Assembly: GCA_020891255.1 (NCBI GenBank)
Contig: BQFW01000005.1
Location: forward strand, 806,001 to 870,000
Reading direction: 5' to 3'
DNA: 64,000 nt
Source: Entomortierella parvispora E1425
Lineage: Eukaryota; Fungi; Mortierellomycota
Position numbers and translations under genes: made by a program. A model generated the notes under the pieces. That model had not been told where the DNA came from. It saw nothing but the letters and a program-made list of their open reading frames with translations, and made no database searches. The stretch's first letter is position 1; the number at the start of each line of letters is the position of its first letter. Positions 25,564 through 35,788 of the stretch are shown one piece after another.

Positions 25564-27884
25564 TCAGCTTCTTTCGACAGAATAGCCACCACTTGATAGT
25601 GTGAACTCCAACTCTGGGAACTGCGACGCGACGCGATCTTTGAATTTCTCCACATAGACATCCGGCATTCCTCTTTGATGGATCTTCAAGGACTTCAACC
25701 CTCCTACCAGTGCACCTGCGCCTGTTCCTGGACCCCAAAAGTCTCCCTTGACGGGCGCCGCGTCGCTGTACCCACTTGCCTTTCTTCGTTGGAATCGGCC
25801 GAGGGCGGCCAGAAAATACCCCATCTGGTCCTCGTGAAATTGAATCGGCCGAGCTTCCAACAGCATCTTCTGCCCCATTCTGTCAATCTCATCTTCAATG
25901 AGCAGATACTCATTGTATTCTGCGTCGGCTGGGCCGAACCTAGGATGTCGGTTCAAAATATCGTCCTTCTTGTCCAAGAGCTCCATCAACTGTGGGCTCT
26001 TTGGAATGTCGTCAAACTCGGAGCAAGACAAGTATTCAAGCGACATCATGAGCGATTCCAATCGATACAGACCCGAGTTTTCGCGATGGATCTTGTTCCG
26101 GTGACGATGGCAGCCCAGTTCTTGGTTCTGTGCCTTATCGTGGACATCCCTCTGGCCACTGCCCAGCGACAGGACTGGCGGAATGGACAAAGCTGATGGT
26201 TGAATAGCCGGTGGTGCGATGGCGTTGAAAAAGATAAAGTCTGGAAAAAAGCTATACCCTTGTATATCAAGATGCTTGAGTTGCGACAAATGACGGACCA
26301 AGTAGTCGGCAAATCTTTGACTGGTCTTCTTGACTATAGCAGGATTATCATAGCCGCCGAAGCGAAGGAACAAGAGACTGGAGCATGCAGGAAAAGGTTG
26401 CAGAGGCTTCTCGGGTGGCTCTATTGGAGGCTCCTTCTCTCTCTCAATCGTGGTTGTGATGGCCGTAGTAGGCAGGGTGATGGCATGGTCTATATTACCT
26501 TCCAAAGGTGTAGCCAACGGAAGGGGTGAATCAAACATGTCCAAGAATCCTTCTACCGTTAGCGGTAAATGAAGCCTCTCCAGACGGTGAAGGCGAGGCG
26601 TGCTCTGTAATATCTGGAGCCAGTCAACACGTTCGTTCATTCCAACGTAGGTACCAAAGCCAAACTCCCGAAAGAAGCCCTCCTGTATTTTTCCAGAGAT
26701 TGGATCCATTCGCATCTCATCCAGAGCCTCGTTGAGAACCCTGCTAGGAGCCGCGTTATCACCCACCAGCTGTCCGTCATTCCTGTGGCGGCTGCAAATG
26801 CCATTTGAGACAAACGATTCAAGAATGGAAGGATCAAGGAGTGGAAACAAAAGCTGTTTGACCTGTAGGTCCTCCATAGTCAATAAAGACAGCTTCTTCA
26901 GACATAGCGATCGTGGTGGCCTGGCCGAGTTGCGGGCGAATGCTTCATAGTCTATAATAGTCGTATCACTCGTATTATGACTGACTCTCATGGCAATCAG
27001 CTCTTCTAAGAAGGGTGCTTGTTCTTTTAGTGCGTAGAGTTCATCTACGCTGCACAGTGAGCCTTCAATGTCAAATATTCTAAGGGTCCTGGAAGGCTTT
27101 GCTGCTGTGGAAGCAGTTGGGAGACGCGCCTCCTTCTCCATGCGATTCCAGTAGACAGGGCCGAGGAAAGACGTGGCTGCAGCAATCTCTGGACAGATCT
27201 TGAGTTGAAGAACTCTGTACAGTGCCGGGACCTCCATCATAAGCCCCTTACCCAGCTTCAGCCTTTCTAGACGAGAGAAGGGCGACTCTGTTGGGATATA
27301 GTCCGAGGCGGACAAAGGGCCAGTACACTTACCAGGGAGGTTGTAATCTTGGATATCTGGCAGGACAGACTCCAAAAACCTGTATCCAAACATAAGGTAG
27401 AGTGACTTGACGTGAAATACAGCGGCGCTGTGTGGGTTTTGTGAGAACAGACATGAGAGCAATCGGGATACCTCTTCCGAGTGTGGCCCCTCCACCACAA
27501 TCTCGACTTTTTCCAGATGAACACAGTTTCGTGCAACCATGGTACAAAAGTCGAGGGTGATAATGTTATCTTGCAGCTCTAGTCTTTGAAGGTTCCTGGG
27601 AATAGAAGCTTCTTTAGTGTTGATCCTTGGAAACGTCAAGGTGAGTCCTCCGATGATGGACGGCGCCTCTTGGATGCAATTGTGTTCTATGGCGTAGTCG
27701 GCAGTGAGGTAGATCCGAAAGAACTGGTTTGCCGTAGCCATGAATTGCTTGGATACTAGTCGAAGGGCTCGCATCGTGCGTCTTTCGTCTCTTAGCCAAG
27801 AGAAGATGCAGTGAAGATGCAAGCCAGCACCTCTGAAAGACAGAGAGCCTTTTCCATGGATCCGCAAGCTTGAGGACCATCCAT
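25564..27884 (-). pseudogene. F-box-like / LRR paralogue 2, disrupted by an 11-bp insertion in the F-box
   Basis: The start MDGPQACGSMEKALCLSEVLACIF (ATG 27884) is homologous to paralogue 1. An extra 11 bp at about 27802-27812 shifts the frame to a TAA. The remainder (ORF 25564-27867) is open and colinear with the other paralogues. Confidence 0.85.
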
Positions 27885-29126
27885 TTTTGCAATTATTGAT
27901 GGGAGACGACAGGGTTCTTGAAAAAATAAGGCGGAGTGGAATGAAAATGTGAATGGAGTGAACAGGATGGAGATTTGGGGATGGCCAATCTGGCAGTCCT
28001 TCTTATCTGTTCAGGAGGCTTGGCGTGGGAGTGTCGCACATCAATTCCAAGTGACGCACCAAGTCCCATTGAGTCGCATTGAGTCGCATTGGGCGCAGCA
28101 CAGAGGCTGATCCGAGGACGTTGTGTAACAACGTTCGTGCAAATTTTTCTTTTCGTTGATTTGATCTGCATATTGCTTTCAACCTCTTTATCGCACTATG
28201 ACAGGGGGGGAAGGCTCGCTTGCTACCATCTACGGGCTTGTGAAAGGAACAAGGAGAAGTGCAAGCTTTATTGGAACGAAATATCTAAGGTCCAAGTGCG
28301 GCATCTCTAGAGTAACTGAGAAAAATGGGGGCATGCTAAAAAAGAGAAGGGATGGCCAACATTTCAAGGGCATGGATAAAGGAGGCTGACCATAAGTGAT
28401 CAAGAAGATACCGAGGATAAGGAAGAACTACGAGATGATGTAGACGAGAGAGATAAAGGGATGCAAAAGTTCGATGCAAAAGTTCGGTGGACAAAACCAA
28501 AGGACAACACCAGAGACTAGTCCAATATCAGGGACCAGGAGGTAATGGTTCAAGAAGCAAGCTGCCCCTCTACGCATCTGAATGATACAATCCGGTTTGG
28601 GTCAACAAACAGTAGGTCATGGAAGAATAAGTCCTCAAAACACTAGCGGGAGCCCTTGCAGACTCTGGAAACTCGGCAAGATTCAAAAGAAAGCGAAAGA
28701 TGGCCTGCGAGAAGACGGATCACCTCGTGGGCATGACCGCGAGCCTTTCGATGAACACTGCCAAAGATTTTGCACCATCTTCAGGATCAAAATCATTGTT
28801 ACAAAGGTGCCTGACATACCCAATTGCAACATGGACTGGATGGCGAAGGGCTCCACCTACTTATTGTGTAATGGGGCCCATGAGTCGCAGCGATTGCACA
28901 AACAGGAAGAGGGCCGGGGAAACTGGCGTGGTTTGGTCCATCCATCCGGTGAAAGGAGTCCGGAAAGGCGACATGGAATAAGTGGCCAAACGTACACCAA
29001 TACACGCGCTTCATAAGGGGTCGAGACAATGGAATCGTTTTGGAAGTTTGCAATTTTTTTATGAAGTGGCCCTGCATTTATTTGTCCCTCTGAAGGGCCA
29101 TGTCAAAAAAAAATACAGGAACAAGT

Positions 29127-30653
29127 CTAACCCAGAGGGATGGCCTGAGGGAATGTGAAAAGGTTGTCTGGGTCAACCGCCCTTTTGATCTCTACAAGTC
29201 GAGCCAGATTCTCGCCATAATATGCCTGTAGCCCGTTGGGAATGCCATGCTCCATGTAGTTCTGATACGCCTCTAGAACGTCTCCTGAGCTGTACGCCGC
29301 ATGTAGCTCATGCGAGAATCGGTCGCTCCACTCTGCACAAGTCGTGCAAATCGAGTCCGAATGCCACGATCTTGGCGCAACTCTTTCAACCCCATACTGG
29401 ACACTGTACAAAACACCTCGGTGATTGTCAAAGGCTGACGGTGACTTGGGGTCGTCGATCTTGCCACCCCACGTCTCCATGGTGACCGACGAGATCAATC
29501 TGTGCTTTGGATTCTCAATATCACTGGGACCATTGCTGAGATGTCGGCTGATGATTTCCAACTCATTTTCTGACAATGGGTTGCGATAGAGAAGAGACCG
29601 GAGACGTAGAGAAAGCGAGAAATTTCCTATTGGATTATCGATCTTTGTGCCGTCTAAAGCGGCCCATGTGGACGCGGCCTGGAACCAAGTGCCCTCACGG
29701 AACTCTATCTGTTGAGGTGCTCCTGTGAGACTGAGCAGTGGGGCAACAGCGGCCTTCGCCTTGTCCTGTGAACCAAGAAACGTGCCCAGGAAAACCGTCT
29801 TGTTTTGGCCAATGTAGAGCATGGCTGAGATATCGTTCGCACTGATCTTGGCTGACCATTTTCCAAACGAATCCATGACAGCCCGATGCTCACTCCAAGG
29901 GAACCGCACTCGCATGACAGTGACTTTTGGTGGGGCCTTGTACGCCTGGATCTTGAATTCTGTCACCAGTCCAAAGGATCCTCCACCTGCGCCTCTCAAT
30001 GCCCAAAACAAGTCTGATCTCGACGTGTCGCTGATGTGCCACACCTCGCCCTCGGCACTGATCATGTTCAATCCCACAACGTTGTCAGACAACATTCCAT
30101 ACTTGCGTCCGAGCATGCCTACACCACCTCCAAGAGCATGTCCACCAATACCAACACCAGGGCACGTCCCTGCAGGAACGAGATATTCGCCGGCAGTCCA
30201 TAGCTTTGTATACACAGACCCAAGACGGTGGCCGGCCCCTATTGTGACGATACCGGTGTCATGGTCTATTGAAAAGTGCTGAAACAGGGTGAGGTCGATT
30301 ACGAGCGTGCCTTGGCTACCACCACTATACCCCTCAAAGGAATGACCTCCAGATCGAGGCACGACAGAGACATGGTGGGAAGCGGCACACAAGACAGCGG
30401 CTGCAGCATCGTTCTCGGAAGCAGGGTAGAAGATGGCGCCTGGACGATGGTCAAATGCTTTGTTGAAGAGCACTCGATCTTTATCATAGGTGGGTGAGGA
30501 TGGAGTGCTCAGATAAGATGACCTGTTGCCTTGTATAGTCTGAAGACATTCGATAAAGCTGGTTGCGGGTGTGTTGGCGAGGCTGGTGTATCGAATGTAG
30601 GCAAGCGTCGTGAAAAAGGCTGTGGCGGCCAGAGTTTTGAAGAAAGTATACAT
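29127..30653 (-). CDS. Secreted BBE-like (FAD_binding_4 plus BBE) oxidoreductase, intronless, about 508 aa
   Basis: Hydrophobic N-terminus. RSGGHSF (His) and GTCPGVG (Cys) are the positions used for bicovalent FAD. Also LFWALRGAGGGSFG and a C-terminal YQNY..YYGENLARLVEIKRAVDPDNLF. Confidence 0.9.
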   Translation of the reverse strand: MYTFFKTLAATAFFTTLAYIRYTSLANTPATSFIECLQTIQGNRSSYLSTPSSPTYDKDRVLFNKAFDHRPGAIFYPASENDAAAAVLCAASHHVSVVPRSGGHSFEGYSGGSQGTLVIDLTLFQHFSIDHDTGIVTIGAGHRLGSVYTKLWTAGEYLVPAGTCPGVGIGGHALGGGVGMLGRKYGMLSDNVVGLNMISAEGEVWHISDTSRSDLFWALRGAGGGSFGLVTEFKIQAYKAPPKVTVMRVRFPWSEHRAVMDSFGKWSAKISANDISAMLYIGQNKTVFLGTFLGSQDKAKAAVAPLLSLTGAPQQIEFREGTWFQAASTWAALDGTKIDNPIGNFSLSLRLRSLLYRNPLSENELEIISRHLSNGPSDIENPKHRLISSVTMETWGGKIDDPKSPSAFDNHRGVLYSVQYGVERVAPRSWHSDSICTTCAEWSDRFSHELHAAYSSGDVLEAYQNYMEHGIPNGLQAYYGENLARLVEIKRAVDPDNLFTFPQAIPLG

Positions 30654-31118
30654 GAGAGTGAGAAAGACAAGTTGAAAAGTAAGCAACGGCCCGCCTGGAA
30701 TATCACAGCAGTGAACCCGTTGCCCTTCGCCCCTCGCTCCTCCAAAAGAAAAAAAAAGGAGAGAAAAGAAAAAAAAAGTGGCATCATCAGCTTTACTGCC
30801 CTGGAACCCTCGTCCAGTTTCATTGTCCCGTATCTTCCTGGGGGCCTTCCCCCTTGGATCCCTGCTTGCCCTGTCACTTGCTCAACCTTTTGTTCTTCTT
30901 CCCATTTTGGAATCGAGGGGCCACCTCATCTGCATTTGTTCCATTACTACGTTGCTACTGCACTTCCTCCGCCAAAAAAAATTTCTTTACTATAAAGTGG
31001 ACCGGACCTTTTCATTTTGCCCCACACCAAACAACAAAACCACTCCACAATCAAGAATAGGGCACTCATCCAGCAAGTTGCTTGACCTCCCATCCTACCT
31101 CTCCACGCAAGAACTAAA

Positions 31119-31235
31119 ATGAAGCCGACCTATCTCTGCATCCTGGCCGCCCTTGTTACCTTTGTCCACGCTGCCCCTGTACCTGGCGTTTCGTTGGATC
31201 CTTCAGTCGATCTCGACGTTTACATTGCTCTCTGA
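31119..31235 (+). CDS. Tiny secreted peptide precursor A (38 aa): MKPTYLCILAALVTFVHA-APVPGVSLDPSVDLDVYIAL
   Basis: Hand-translated; below the ORF-track cutoff. ATG context is AAAATG, with TATAAAG at 30991. Classical signal peptide. Paralogous to 32442-32567. Confidence 0.75.
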   Translation: MKPTYLCILAALVTFVHAAPVPGVSLDPSVDLDVYIAL

Positions 31236-32441
31236 AGTGCGAGCCTGTCTTAGTTCTTGATAGATTGTACCGAAGTAGTCAAAGTCGATCGACGCCTGTA
31301 GTCCCAAGTTCAAAACAGACAACGCGTCAAAATAAACAGCTGGAGGGCTGACTCGAGGTCCTTTCCAGGCAAAAAAACAAGCGCTCTATATGCAGTGCTG
31401 AACAAACCAGAGAAAAAAATGGATTGTGCGCAAGGTGATAGGGATTCCCAAAATCGCTCACACGAAGTGCAGCATCGAGGAGGGACGCGCACTGCAGACA
31501 CACCATCTGTCACAAGGATGACCTGGGGCAGGCGGCGCGTGCATTCACGTCTGCGCTGGGGCCGCAGTTCAGTTGAAATGAACCCGATACTATCAGTCAG
31601 TCGTAAAAGAATGAGCAGGTCCTGCTGTCATCTCCAAGGGAATAGCAAGAGTAATTAGGAAATGGTTGACAGTTCTTGACCCCCTGTAACGTACAACACC
31701 AAAAAAACACCTGGGAAAACTAAACTTGTGGTAAAAAAATTCAGGGACATGTATCTTTGGACCCAAAAATAACCGCAAGGGGTTGGGAGGACATCTTGAT
31801 CAACGCAAACCTGACAACAAGTGCAGGACTGGAAAGGGGACCAAAATACAAACATCATGTACATACTGCACCAAGCCTGATCTGTTTTGACACACACCAT
31901 CCCTGCACCCTGAACTTTGTCCCGGTATCTTTCTGGAGATCCCCCACCTGGATTTCTTGGTTGCCCCATTGATTGTCCCGCTATTTGCCATGACAAACCC
32001 ATGACTTCGCCCCTTTCTTTTACCTTTTGCTCTGGAACTCACCTCATCCTTGTATATGTCCCATCTGCAATTGAAGATCCCCTTACTCCCTTGTCTTTTT
32101 ACTTGCTTTGAGCCCTCTGCTGCTTCCCTCCTTTGATTACTACCCTATTGTGGTTTATCCAGTGTCCATCTTGAGTTCGAGTATAAAAAGAACTCACGAC
32201 CCTTCTTTCCACCTGTCTCCAACACAACAAAGTCATACCTTTTTGACCATCACCCCGCGGTAAATAGACAATACATGATGACAGAGTCTTCACTTTGTAA
32301 TAACTTCTAGTGGCAGAGAGACTTTACATGCCTGACTAAGTTTTCCCTCTTACAACTTGTCATGATTTCAGTACTCGGAGCACGACACGGACCCACAAGC
32401 TGTTTTATCCCTCCTAGCATCAAAACCAAGCAAGAAACAAC

Positions 32442-32567
32442 ATGAAGCTGACCTACTTGTGCATCCTCGCTGCCACTGTAATCTTTGCGGGGGCCGTCCC
32501 TACTCCTGGTTCGATTGTAGATGTCGCCATTTCGCTTGGTGACACCCCAATTGATCTTAATCTCTGA
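32442..32567 (+). CDS. Tiny secreted peptide precursor B (41 aa): MKLTYLCILAATVIFAGA-VPTPGSIVDVAISLGDTPIDLNL
   Basis: Hand-translated. ATG context is AACATG, with TATAAAAAG at 32182 and a candidate 5'UTR intron at 32260-32417. The signal peptide is closely similar to precursor A. Confidence 0.75.
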   Translation: MKLTYLCILAATVIFAGAVPTPGSIVDVAISLGDTPIDLNL

Positions 32568-32614
32568 ACACCCCTAGTAGTAACAGATGCTCCTATGCTC
32601 CTTTGAAGCAACGG

Positions 32615-32681
32615 CCAAAAGAGGTCAGGCCCACCAAAAGAAGTCAGACCCACCAAAAGAAGTCAGACCCACCAAAAGAAG
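32615..32681 (+). repeat. 19-bp minisatellite (ccaaaagaagtcagaccca), about 3.5 copies
   Basis: Units at 32615-32633 (2 mismatches), 32634-32652 and 32653-32671, plus a partial unit. Confidence 0.9.
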
Positions 32682-33167
32682 AAAATAAACCTTGGAACTC
32701 TCAAAGATGAAATCTGAAAACAACGCCATGGCCGATTTTCTAGACGTGACTCTGCCACTAACATCAACATGACACTTCTGCGAGCATGGTTGCAAAGACT
32801 ATCAAACTGGGGATGGAGCACTGCCGACACTACGACGTCAATTCTAACGCCGCCTGCCCATTCTGAAGTCAAGCTTGCACAGTGCAGTGTCTCAGATTTT
32901 TGAACGGACGACGATGCTGTGGTAGTAAGGGAATGAACATGGCGTGGATTTCTCTACACTCAATGTTGCTAAGGTGTACCACTGGATAACAGATAAGATA
33001 ATGCAGAGTGGAGATGCGTTTTTGTCCAACCGGATGAGAGTGTGGTGGCAGACACAATCAACTCCCCCCCCCCCGAAGCTCTCGCTCGAAAGGAAACTCA
33101 AACCGTCGCTCAATTTTGTATGTTGTACGACAAGCAGAGAGAGCCATTGTTTACTATTATACCTGTG

Positions 33168-35468
33168 TCATCTTCTAATTCTCTCGAAACGATAGGTACC
33201 ACTCGATATCTTGAAATCCAGCTCAGGGAACTGAGATGCAATCAAAGTTGCCAGCTTTTCAACGTACACATCCGGCATCCCTGTTTGATGGATGGTCAAG
33301 CGCTTCATCCCAGCGACATATGACCTGACCCTTGGGTCTCCTTTTCGTCTTTGGAAGCGATCAAGGATGGCCAGAAACTGCTCGATCCGGCCCTCGTGAA
33401 TTTGAATCGGTTGAGCCTGCAAGAACATCTTCTGTGTTTCCAACCGAAGGTCACATTCGACGACTTGATATTCGCTATACCCTTCAACACCTGGACTGAT
33501 CCTTGTATGGCTAAGTAAAAGGGCGTCCCTTCTCTTTATGAGATCCGTCGTGTGTTCGCTCTTTGGAAGGGCCTGAAACTCGGACCTAGACAAGAAGTTC
33601 AGCGACATCTCAAGAGACTCGAGGCGGTTGATGCCAGTGTTGCTAAGATTGTTGCTATTGCGGCTACTAGAGTGATCCCTCTCTAGACTGCCCGTGCTAC
33701 CAACGTCCTGCGAAACCGATGGTAGTGACGACAAGGTTGACGGATGGAGTGTTGCTGGTGCGATGGCGTTGAAAAAGGTGAGATCTGTAAAACTGCAGTT
33801 TGGCACAGCAAGGTGCTCGAGTCGTGGCAAGGATCGAACCAGGTAGTCGGCGAATTGTTGACCACTTTTCTCACTAATGTTCTTGGCACCACAGCCGCCG
33901 AGATAGATGTACTTCAAACTGGAGCATGCAGGGAAGGCCATCAATGGCTGTTGACGTACTTCCACCCGTGTCTCTTCTTTTCTCCCCTCTGCTTTCCCTT
34001 CCTCCTCCCCTCCAGTATCCGTCATGACGGCTGTGGTGGTTGTGACGGTGGTTGCGGTGGTCTTTGTACCAGTACTTGCAGTGACATCCAGAGTCTCCTC
34101 GCCAGTTTTAACCAAGGGGATGGGCATATCAAACAAGTCCAAGAACTCATCGACAGTTAACGGCAAAGAAAGTCTTTCCAGTCGATGAAGTCGAGGGGTA
34201 TCTTTCAATCTCTGGAGCCAATCGACGCATTCAGTTGATCTATCGCTGGTGTCCTTAATACCCAGCTCCCGAAGAAATCCCTCCTGTGGCCTTCCTGAGA
34301 TTGGGTCCACTCGCATTTCATCCAGTAGCTCACTGAGAACCCTGTCAGAAGGAGTAATGGATCCAGCTGCGTTGCTTTCAAGTCCCTTATTGTAGATGAA
34401 GCCTGTGACATACGATGTGAGGACGGTGGGGTCACAAAGTCGACCTAAGAGTAACTTGGCGTATCGGGCCTCCGTTGTCATAAGAGACAATTTCTTCAAG
34501 CGCAGGGTTCCTGAAGCTCTGGCAGAGTCGCGTTCAAAGGCCAAATCATCGGTAATACGCTCGTCCGTATTGCCAATCGACAAGAAATTCACCTCTTCAA
34601 GTCCCGGTGCCTGCTCTTTTAGTGCATAGAGCTCATTCACGCTGCAAATTGAAGTCGCAATGTCAAATATCCTAAGTGTCCTCGAAGGTCTCGCTGTTGA
34701 AAAGGATGTCAGGAGACGGGTCTCTCTCTCCATGTCGTTCCAGCAGACAGGACCAAGGAAGGAAGTGGCAGATGCGATCTCGGGGCAGGTCTTGAGTTGA
34801 AGGATCCTGTACAATGATGGAATCTCCACCCTAAACCTCTTGATCACTCTCAATTCCTCAAGACCTGAGAAGGCTGATTCAGATGGGAAATAATCCGAGG
34901 TGGGCAAAAGGCCGGTGCAGCTGTCAGGCAAGTTGGAGTGAAAGGTATCTTGGACAGATTGGCCAAACTTGGATCCAAATATAAACTGGTGTGACTTAAT
35001 GCGAAAGACAGCGGCGGTCTGGGGGTTTTGTGAGAATAGGCATGAAAGCGACTGGGTAATCTCTTCCGAGTGTGGCCCCTCCAGCACAATCTTGACTTTT
35101 GCCAGATGAACACAGTTTCGTGCGACCATGGAACAAAAATCGGGGATGATGGTATTATCCTGCGGCTCCAGTCCTCGACTCCTGTTGAACTTATCAGTCT
35201 CTTCAGTGATGATCCTTGGAAACGTGAAGGTGAGTCCTCCGATGATGGATGGCGCCTCTTGGATGCAATTGTGCTCTATAGCATAGTCAGCCATGAGATG
35301 GATCCGAAAAAACTGGTTTGCGGTGGCCATGAACAGCTTGGATACCAATCGCAAGGATCGTAGGGCGTTCTTCTCGTCTCTTAGCCATGAAAAGATGCAG
35401 GTCAGGACCTTTGGGAGAGACACTGCCTTCTCCATGGATCCAGATGCGGGAGCCAAGGCGCTATCCAT
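33168..35468 (-). CDS. F-box-like / LRR paralogue 3, intronless, about 766 aa
   Basis: Start MDSALAPASGSMEKAVSLPKVLTCIFSWL at ATG 35468 aligns with the paralogue starts. The upstream extension to 35708 is non-homologous. Confidence 0.85.
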   Translation of the reverse strand: MDSALAPASGSMEKAVSLPKVLTCIFSWLRDEKNALRSLRLVSKLFMATANQFFRIHLMADYAIEHNCIQEAPSIIGGLTFTFPRIITEETDKFNRSRGLEPQDNTIIPDFCSMVARNCVHLAKVKIVLEGPHSEEITQSLSCLFSQNPQTAAVFRIKSHQFIFGSKFGQSVQDTFHSNLPDSCTGLLPTSDYFPSESAFSGLEELRVIKRFRVEIPSLYRILQLKTCPEIASATSFLGPVCWNDMERETRLLTSFSTARPSRTLRIFDIATSICSVNELYALKEQAPGLEEVNFLSIGNTDERITDDLAFERDSARASGTLRLKKLSLMTTEARYAKLLLGRLCDPTVLTSYVTGFIYNKGLESNAAGSITPSDRVLSELLDEMRVDPISGRPQEGFLRELGIKDTSDRSTECVDWLQRLKDTPRLHRLERLSLPLTVDEFLDLFDMPIPLVKTGEETLDVTASTGTKTTATTVTTTTAVMTDTGGEEEGKAEGRKEETRVEVRQQPLMAFPACSSLKYIYLGGCGAKNISEKSGQQFADYLVRSLPRLEHLAVPNCSFTDLTFFNAIAPATLHPSTLSSLPSVSQDVGSTGSLERDHSSSRNSNNLSNTGINRLESLEMSLNFLSRSEFQALPKSEHTTDLIKRRDALLLSHTRISPGVEGYSEYQVVECDLRLETQKMFLQAQPIQIHEGRIEQFLAILDRFQRRKGDPRVRSYVAGMKRLTIHQTGMPDVYVEKLATLIASQFPELDFKISSGTYRFERIRR

Positions 35469-35788
35469 TTCTTGGAGTGTGGGGATAGTGGCTCCAAAAA
35501 AGGGGAAAGAAGGTGAGAAGATATCAGTTATTTGTGCAGAAGGTGAATGAATTGGAAAGTAGGGAGAAGGAATGGCCCTTTTATTTGCATGCGGGGCACA
35601 GCGTTTATTGCGAAATGGAGGGTGGTGATGTGGAAAAGTAAAAAAAAAATCAGTAGGGCTTGCCTCTGGCGCAGCGCAAAGGACATGCAGGTGCGCGGCT
35701 GAATCCATATCATTACTCCCTCATTCGCTTCACGCACCGACACTAGTCATTGCTATTGCTGAGATTTATTGCATGGCAGACGATTGAA

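Noticed and set aside
31293-31306. 14-nt match to the Alu/7SL motif CGCCTGTAGTCCCA
   Set aside because: The flanks do not form the Alu domain and no SRP helix 6 or 8 motif is nearby; treated as chance.
32615-32681. Direct repeats as a possible CRISPR array
   Set aside because: No spacers, a 19-bp unit, and eukaryotic context with no cas genes.
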